A stretch of DNA of 64,000 nucleotides. It comes from Octopus vulgaris. Taxonomy: Eukaryota. Below, piece by piece: positions 55,801 through 64,000 of this stretch (position 1 is the first letter of the stretch; every line of letters starts with the position of its first letter). The stretch spans positions 50,716,001-50,780,000 of the forward strand of contig OX597833.1 in NCBI GenBank assembly GCA_951406725.2, read 5' to 3'. A program made the translations under genes and the position numbers. The notes below the pieces were generated by a model. That model was not told the origin of the DNA, made no database searches, and saw only the letters and a list, made by a program, of their open reading frames with translations.

Positions 55801-56248
55801 AGGAGCTGGAGTGGCTGTGTGGTAAGTGGTAAGTAGCTTGCTTACCAACCACATGGTTCCGGGTTCAGTCCCACTGTGTGGCAACTTGGGCAATGTCTTC
55901 TACTACTGCCTCGGGCCGACCAAAGCCATGTGAGTGGATTTGGTAGACGGAAACTGAAAGAAGCCTGTCGTATATATGTATAGATTTATACGTCTGTGTG
56001 TGCGTGTGTGTGTGTGTGTGTCTGTGTTTGTGTGTTTGTGTGTCTGTGTTTGTCCCCCCCAACATCGCTTGACAACCGATGCTGGTTTGTTTGCGTCCTC
56101 GTAACTTAGCGGTTCTGCAAAAGAGACCGATAGAATAAGTACTAGGCTTACAAAGAATAAGTCCTGTGAGTCGATTTGCTCCACTAAAGGCGGTGCTCCA
56201 GCATGACCGCAGTCAAATGACTGAAACAAGTAAAAGAGTAAAAGAGTA
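55801..56248 (+). mobile_element. SINE family B, full length
   Basis: Complete head, body and tail. Confidence 0.93.
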
Positions 56249-56891
56249 TATTCTAGCTTGAGCTGAAAACTCAAAAATCTAAGATAAAGCAATGAGAGGG
56301 GCGATAAACCTTTCAAGCTTAATTTGACATGAATTGCTAAGTAAAGAGAAAATAATTAGTATAATACCATTGGCAAAATATCTAAATTTCAGTCAAATCA
56401 CGTTAATCTATTTTAATGAAATTTTTCTGTATAATTAAATCAAAAAGTGAACTGAAATCCTTCTGATAGCAACTCTACTCTTCATGCCTGGGAGGGTCGA
56501 TCGAATATGCGCTTTGTATATACATGTATCATAGAGGCCTCACAGATTCCTAATCGCTCTTCCTCTCCTTACCACATTGAACAATATGGCAGCTTCTGAT
56601 TTGTTTTTTTGCTCTTCCCTTCGTGCACATAACACCTTTGCCGCTTATCTCTATCCTATCCACACTTCCACATTTTATTGATTTAAAAATATACCAGCGT
56701 TCCTTTTGATCTCAAACTGCCTCCTAGTAGTTGTTTTCCCTTTCTAGATTTTCCTCATGATATACCAGCGTTCTTCTTCATTCTCTGTTTTAACCCTTCT
56801 TCCTCGAACAAAACCCTTTTGCCGTGTGACTTTCTAGATATCTTCCCTGATTCGTATAATATAATATTATATAATATTCTCTTATTATTTA

Positions 56892-57284
56892 CTAGCAGTA
56901 TCGCCCGGCGTTGCTCGGGTTTGTTTCGACCCTTTAGAATTGGAATTTTTAGAAAGTAAAAATTTTACATTATGTAGCTTGTTATTCTCTTTAAGTGAAC
57001 ATTTTTCTGGTTGAAATACACCGAAAAATGGCGACACGGCAGTCAAACAACCGTAAAAAAACAGGGAATTTCATAGAAAAAAAAAGCACCTTTTTGATGT
57101 ATATAATTTTTGATGTTAGCATGGTCCGATTTGAATTTTTTTCTTCTACGGAAGGAAGAGCAAACCTTCTATCATACTTTCAATTTTGGTCAACTTGCAC
57201 CACAGGGTCTCGGAGGAGATAGTGTTAGTTGAAGGCTACCAAACCTGCCATACACAGACAACTTCAGCTTTATATATATATAGA
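56892..57284 (-). mobile_element. Non-autonomous Helitron
   Basis: Minus strand begins a|TCtatatatatataaagctgaagttg and ends with hairpin cccgagcaacgccggg then cgatactgCTAG|t; A|T insertion site, no TSD. Confidence 0.85.
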
Positions 57285-57286
57285 TA

Positions 57287-57351
<65 letters not shown>

Positions 57352-57766
57352 CTGTGTCTGTGTTTGTGCGTGTGTAACGAAGAAAAGTTGGGGGTTACCG
57401 CAGGACTAAAAATATAAGGAAAAGAATTTGAAAATGCAGGAGTCTTTTAAATGTATTTATTAACGTAACCGGTTTCACATGTTTAAAAACATTTTCAGAA
57501 GTAAAGTATGAGGCCTTGTGTATCCTCTGTGGTGTCAAAAATTAGTTGACATAAATGTATTCAAATCAAGTGATAGAGTCTTCGACAAATGATAAGAAAA
57601 CTTTTGAAGTTTTTTGTATAGTAGATTTATTGATACAAATATAATCGAACACAACACACACACACAAATTAGAGCAAATATATGTTCAATTATTTACTTA
57701 TACTTGGGTACAAGGCGGGAAACTGTTGAAGTTTGAGTCATTTATGTAGCTTTTCATCTACACACA

Positions 57767-58074
57767 TGTTATTTGTTCCTTCTCGAGCTATACCTAGCTC
57801 ATAAGGACCGTTTTCCCGGTTTCATTTGAGTATAGGTTTCCCACCTGGACGGGACGCCAGTCCATCGCAGGTGAGCTGCTAGATGTAGGAGGAAAGAATG
57901 AGAGAAAGTTTTGGCGAAAGAGCCAGCAGATGTTCGTCATTACCTTCTGCCGGAACCGTGTGGAACTTAGGTGTTTCACTCATAAAAACACACATCACCC
58001 GGTCTGAGATTCACACCCACGATTCCTCAACCTTGAGTCCGCTGCTCTAACCACTAGACCATGCGCCTCCTCTG
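57767..58074 (-). mobile_element. SINE family C copy with a different 3' tail
   Basis: Head ggaggcgcatggtctagtggttagagcagcggactc..; body shared with 42856-43157; TSD tctacacaca at 57757-66 and 58075-84. Confidence 0.88.
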
Positions 58075-58104
58075 TCTACACACAGACACATACAAAATTT
58101 GATC

Positions 58105-58315
58105 CTGTCTACTATAGGCATAAGGCCTGGAATTTGGGTGGAATGGGAGCTAATCAATTATATCGAACTTCAGTGCTCAATTGGAACGTGATTTATCGAC
58201 TCCGAAAATTCGACCTCGACCTCAGCGGTATTTGAACTCAGAATGTATGAAGACGGACGAGATGCTGCTAAACAATTTATCCGGCTTGCTAACAAATACT
58301 GACAGCTCACCGCCT
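58105..58315 (-). mobile_element. Old SINE family A copy
   Basis: actataggcataaggcctggaatttggg..tttatcgactccgaaa..atttgaactcagaatg..cagctcaccgcc. Confidence 0.78.
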
Positions 58316-58409
58316 TACACAAACTCAATATAATGCAAGAAAATATCTAGCATTGAGGCTAGTAAGGAACTAGCACCAAGTATAGGATATGATGGCATTG
58401 GAAGAAAAT

Positions 58410-58940
58410 AGTGGTGGTGGTAGTGGTGATGGTAATAGTAGTAGTAGAAGTAGTGGTGGAGATAGTGGTGGTAATAGTAGTAGTAGTAGTGGTGGTGGTG
58501 TTTTGGTGGTAGTAGTAGTGGTGATAGTGGTGGTGACGGTGGTGATGATGGTAGTAGTAGTAGTGGTGGTGTTTTGATGGTGGTAGTAGTAGTAGTAGTA
58601 GTAGTGGCTATGGTAGTGGTGGCAGTGGTGGTAGTAGTGTTGGTAATAGTAGTAGTAGTAGCAGTAGTAGTGGTGGTGGTGGTGGTGGTGGTGGTGATGG
58701 TGGTGGTAATAGTAGTAGTAGTGGTGGTGGTGGTAGTAGTAATAGTAGTGGTGGTGGTGGTGGTTATAATAGTAGTAGTAGTGGTGGTTGTGGTGGTAGT
58801 AATAGTAGTAGTGGTGATGATGGTAATAGTAACGGTAGTGGTGGGGGTGGGGGGGTAATAGTAGTTGTAGTAGTGGTGGTGATGGTGGTAATAGTAGTAG
58901 TAGTGGTGTTGGTGTGATGGTTGTAGTAGTAGTAGTCGTA
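58410..58940. repeat. (GGT/AGT)n compound microsatellite
   Basis: Directly visible. Confidence 0.93.
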
Positions 58941-59144
58941 GCAGCATCAGTTAATGAGAAAACAGAAGTAGCAGCAGCAGCTATGATATATTTTTGAGGC
59001 TTTGCAGGTTAAATTCACTATAGAATACAGTTAATCCTTCGATCCAGGAGACTTAATCCCTGTACTGAAACCAATATATTTATACATGTACTATTGCGCT
59101 CTGCCGCTATTATTAGTATCATTGTTGTTGCTGCTGTTGTTGTT

Positions 59145-59185
<41 letters not shown>

Positions 59186-59693
59186 AGTTGATGTTGTTGT
59201 TACCGTTATTGTTGTCGCTTCTGTTTCTATTAATTTTCCCCTTTTTAGTCTGTAGCGATAGGCGAAACTATTTATAAAACCATTCACGCATTTTGACAGA
59301 TTAGCCTGTCCTGTGTTTAATGCTGTTTATATATTGCCGGGATTTGCTTATAGCAGAATCTGTGATTAGCTATCAGGAATCGCATTAAGGATGCGGAACT
59401 TGCCAACGACGCAAGTGAAAATGCATTAAACACAGGCACCCAGACAGACAGACAGTCAAACACACACACACAAAAACGCACACAGTCACATAAGCACATT
59501 CATATACATTCACACATTAAGATCATACATACAAAATGCATACGCGCGTACGAGTGCGGACACAAACGTATATATGTTGTCAGGACCTAATTTTCAAGAT
59601 CCCGTACGAATGAAAAGCTGTAATATACGTCTTCTTGACTAAGAACTTTTCCTGTATTCTTTTATGAAAGTTATGCTTGAATTCCAAGTGTCA

Positions 59694-60109
59694 AGTTAAG
59701 TTAAGTTAATTTTTTGGCTCAAAAAGCAAAAGCAAGGCCATGTAGGGGGACATGGAGTTATGTACAGGGAGGGTGTTCATGCAAAGAGTTCAGGCCATTT
59801 CTGGTCAAGGGAGACTTTGAACCGAGCGGTTGTCGGCATCTTCACTATCTCGTCCGGCAGCTTATTCCACGCAACCCGGACGGAGAAAGCCCCCTCTCTC
59901 GTTTGAGATGAAGTCGTCGCAGATAGAGCTTTTCGGAGTGACCCCGCAGCCGACGCTCTGGAGCAGGAGTGAAGAACAGCTCTTTCAGGAGGTTACACTT
60001 TCCGCTTATGATGTTGTGAGCAAGAATGAGATCACCACGGCGTCGTCGTTTTTCTAGAGAATAAAGGTCGAGTGTCTTCAGCCTTTCTTCATAAGACAAA
60101 TGCTTGAGA
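59694..60109 (-). mobile_element. 5'-truncated CR1 LINE
   Basis: LKHLSYEERLKTLDLYSLEKRRRRGDLILAHNIISG..RRLRGHSEKL is a classic CR1 ORF2 end; (ttaac)n tail; TSD ccaagtgtca at 59684-93 and 60110-19. Confidence 0.92.
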
Positions 60110-60983
60110 CCAAGTGTCACTTGATCTGGGGTCGTGTTTTGAAACTAAACCGATTGCATTGACGGAAGAACATTGATAACCATTTACAACATAAATATAG
60201 GGTTCAAGCCTCCATTATTTCATAACAGTATTACGTGATATTGTGTTCGTCATATTTTCGGAATAGATTCAATATTTCGTAACTGACACGATCACGTTCA
60301 GATAGACACACTTATTCGTATGCAGTAAAAAAAAAAAAAGAAACGGAAAGAGAAATGGAAGAAATTCAAGAAATAGAATGTAGGTGTAAATGAGTAAGAA
60401 AATTGAAGAGAAATAAGAAAGAGGACAGTGTTGATTTGACTGAGACCAGGTTTAAAGCCGTTTAAGAAATGATAAAATGGAGTCCGATCTACCTATAAGG
60501 ATCATGTCATGAGGTAACACCCAGAAAAAATCTGTCACACCATAACACATAATAAGAATTACACGACTGAAACATGTTCTCTAAAACACTAAGCAATCTG
60601 ATTTGAGAACTGGTCATCATATAGCACTCAAACCCTGTCTTTAAAGCAAAGTTTTTACCAACTGAACGGTGCAGCATGAGAGAAAAATGTAGGATTTACA
60701 TAACAAATTTTATCATAAGATATCGGAAGACATGTAAATTTTATCATAAGATATCGGAAGACATGTAAATAGCTCCAGCAGACATGTAAATATGAGAGAT
60801 TTTAACAGGGCACATCTGCTATAAACAGCAGTAAATTACTGGCAAGCCGAAGCGCTTTTTACTACATAAAAAATACACCTTAAACCGCAAGACACACAGT
60901 GCTGGACACAAGGCAAATTATATGATACTTCTTAGTACAGTAGCAGCATCAACTTCTAGATTGCTATAGTGTTCGGTGAGAAA

Positions 60984-61401
60984 GGCGGCGAGCTGGCAGA
61001 AACGTTAGCACGCCGGGCGAAATGCGTATCCGTATTTCGTCTGCCGTTACGTTCTGAGTACATATTCCGCCGAGGTCGATTTTGCATTTCATCCTTTCGG
61101 AGTCGATTAAATAATTACCAGTTATGCACTGGGGGTAGATATAATCGACTTAGTCCGTTTGTCTGTCCTTGTTTGTCCTCTCTGTGTTTAGCCCCTTGTG
61201 GGTAGTAAAGAAATAGGTATTTCGTCTGCCGCTCCGTTCTGAGTTCAAATTCCGCCGAGGTCGACTTTGCCTTTCATCTTTTCGGAGTCGATAAATTAAG
61301 TACCAGTTACGCACTGGGGTCGATGTAATCGACTTAATCCCTTTGTCTGTCCTTGTTTGTACTCTCTATGTTTACCCCCTTGTGGGCAATGAAGAAATAT
61401 A
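60984..61401 (+). mobile_element. SINE family A dimer in a single TSD
   Basis: Head plus two bodies; 19-bp TSD tatagt(g/t)ttcggtgagaaa at 60965-83 and 61402-20. Confidence 0.93.
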
Positions 61402-61554
61402 TATAGTTTTCGGTGAGAAACAGAAACATAGAAACGACAAGGCTGAAAGTACTCATTGAACGTTATCAAATTAACCAGTAACAAGGCTTAGCACATTGTC
61501 ATGGGTTAGTTAATAAATTAAAATTAATTTCACTATGTTACCACATCTATTCAA

Positions 61555-61963
61555 AGAAGCTTGAGAGGCGGTTGGATGGAACCTACACTCGCCTCCTTAT
61601 GAGAGCTCAAAATCTCTCGTGGAAGCTTCATCCAACCAAAATGCAAATATATGGGAAACTACAACCTCTGTCATCTCTTGTGAAAGGTAGGAGAGTCCAG
61701 TTTGCTGGACATTGTTGTAGAGCTGAAAAAGAGTTAATTTCTACTCTTCTCCTCTGGAAGCCATCTACTCGTAATACCAGAGGGCGCACACTCTCCTACC
61801 CTGATGTAATCTCCAGGGATACAGGCATCCAGCCCAGGGATACAGGCATCCAGCCCAGGGATACAGGCATCCAGCAACAGGACCTCCGTAATGCCATGAT
61901 GGACCGTGAAGTCTGGCGTAGCATGGTAAATTCCATTGTCTCGACCACGGTCAAACAATGATG
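61555..61963 (+). mobile_element. 5'-truncated RTE-clade LINE
   Basis: KLERRLDGTYTRLLMRAQNLSWKLHPT..RRVQFAGHCCR..LLLWKP..RGR..AMMDREVWR; (tga)n tail; 12-bp TSD acatctattcaa at 61543-54 and 61964-75. Confidence 0.92.
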
Positions 61964-62337
61964 ACATCTATTCAACCGTTTCATCTGTCAATTGACTTTC
62001 TAATTCTATTATACACCCGCCTATCTCTTAGCTATCTAACCGTATCTATCTATATATCTATCCATCTGTCTGTCTATCAACCCGTCTCCTTGTCTGTATA
62101 TCTGAATATGTAACTTTCTCTGTCGCCTTATCCGTCTTATACGGTTTAGCATAGAAGCCGAATCCAACACCAAAACATTTATCGCCTGTTATAGCATATT
62201 ATGATATCCTTTTGATATCCGGTCATATTATGAATTTCTATATTTTTTTCATATCACAATGAATCACACTTAACTCCAACGTCTCCAACTCCATACCCAC
62301 AATAGGTGTGCGCGTGTTTGTATGTATGCATGTCTCA

Positions 62338-62375
<38 letters not shown>

Positions 62376-62460
62376 TACAAATACATATATCTGTTTGAAA
62401 GATGTCTGTGTATGTATACCTGTATATATGTGTGAGTGTACGTGCGTGCGTTTGTGTGTG

Positions 62461-62492
<32 letters not shown>

Positions 62493-63545
62493 CGAAAATG
62501 TGTGTGTCTTTCTCTGTGTCTTTCTCTTAGCTTTCAGCTGAAACACTACAACTTGAATAATAGATAAAGGAAAGTGGGATAAAGCCATGTTTCTTGATTC
62601 TTTCAAAACACATTATTGTCACATTTGAAATGGCTTCATCCGAGAATCAAAGCCGGATTTCGGACTTAAGTAGCAGCGAGCTTAATTCTTTTTCTCCACC
62701 TTTCAAACCTTTCTGATAACATATAAAACATACAAAAGTCTTTCCAGAAGTCTTATAAATTCTATAAACACTCAGCTGACGTCAAAACTACAAAAAAAAA
62801 AAAAAAAAAATTTATAAAATATTGTTACTAAGCAACAAAGGGGCTCCAATGCAATCACAAGTTTTCTGCTAGAAATAACAGCCAACGTCCTTGAAATGCC
62901 TTTATACTTTATATAGATGGCGAATACATATGTTTCTTTATTAGCCACACAGGGCTGAACACAGACGAGAGAAATTACAAAGTAGAGCTTTTCTTGTTGG
63001 GGAGAAAAAAAAAGTGGGGTTGGTTTTCGATCAAAAGTAATCGTAAAAAGGAAAGTAAAAACGATCAATAGAGATCGTGTATCACACATAGAACCATTAA
63101 AGAGTTCAATGAAATGTCTCTCGTTATTTCGGCTGATTTTCTGCGCTCTGAATTCAAACACCGACGTAACCAAATTTACCGTTAATCATTTCGGGAATGA
63201 TAAGAAAATAACTCATCCATGGTGATGAATTAACAGAACTACAAGAATATCGGATGTAACGCCTCGTTGAAGCCAGTCATGGCCTACGTAGGTGGTAGAC
63301 TTAAACCGTGGCCTTGTTTATCAACATCACATTGTACTTTAACGAAGAGTTGGTTCTTCCCTATTTTTAACGTTGGTTGTTTCACATGTGCACTTACCAT
63401 AGGTAGGCCCGAGGGCAATGCCCTTTCCCAGTCTAATGGCCGTAGCCTATTCCGGTAGGTTTTAATGTGAACAGTGCCACGTGTCCTGTGGTGCATCAAT
63501 AATTGACTCGACATGTCTTCACATGTATATATCTTCATATATTTA

Positions 63546-63775
63546 GGCGGCGAGCTGGCAGAAACGGTAGCACGCCGGGCGAAATGCGTAGCCGTATTTC
63601 GTCTGCCGCTACGTTCTGAGTTCAAATTCCGCCGAGGTTGACTTTGCCTTTCATCCTTTCGGGGTCGATAAATTAAGTACCAGTTACGCACTGGGGTCGA
63701 TGGAATCAACTTAATCCCTTTGTCTGTTCTTGTTTGTCCCCTCTGTGTTTAGTCCCTTGTGGGTAGTAAAGAAAT
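63546..63775 (+). mobile_element. SINE family A, full-length monomer (reference copy)
   Basis: ggcggcgagctggcagaaacggtagc (A-box like)..gagttcaaattcc (B box)..cctttcatcctttcggggtcgataaattaagtaccag..tail 1; 15-bp TSD tatatatcttcatat at 63526-40 and 63777-91. Confidence 0.95.
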
Positions 63776-64000
63776 ATATATATCTTCATATGTTGATATA
63801 TACTTAAATGATAAACTTCTGGAAAGTTTTACAGAGTTTTACAGTATGTGCGTATGTATGCATGTATGTATTTACATACGTGCATACGTATGTATCTATG
63901 TATGTATCATAGGAGTGCGATCCATGGCAGCAGGAAAAGCAATGCTTCCCTTAAAAATTATAGAGACAAAATTGAATTATACTACTTACTTTCCATAAAA

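Noticed and set aside
63284-63709. 141-aa minus-strand ORF
   Set aside because: The N-terminal third is SINE A antisense; the remainder has no recognisable homology and contains MITE-like words (ggccgtagcc, gggcaatgccc).

Overview
AT-rich eukaryotic (animal) DNA made mostly of microsatellites ((TA)n, (TG)n, (TAA)n, (ATC)n, (AGT)n, (TAGA)n, (TACA)n) and interspersed repeats. The repeat families and microsatellite load resemble an octopus (coleoid cephalopod) genome; this is recognition from memory, not a database hit. No host protein-coding gene can be called with confidence, and nearly all ORFs in the track are microsatellite or SINE artefacts, so the window is probably intronic or intergenic. 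Supported content: three tRNA-headed SINE families (labelled A, B and C here) with many copies; a (TAA)n-embedded non-coding element (D); 5'-truncated LINE 3' ends of the CR1 group, RTE clade and R4/Dong (restriction-like endonuclease) clade; Tc1/mariner remnants and MITEs; and a non-autonomous Helitron. Most notable observations: (1) a ~105-bp-arm inverted repeat at 23826-24057 whose right arm folds into a near-canonical minimal type I hammerhead ribozyme, plus further decayed hammerheads; (2) SINE A multimers (one head plus 2-3 B-box bodies) inside single target-site duplications; (3) SINE B shares its 3' stem-loop with CR1-group LINE tails in the same window; (4) a (TAA)n array hit repeatedly, in one orientation, by R4/Dong-type elements.
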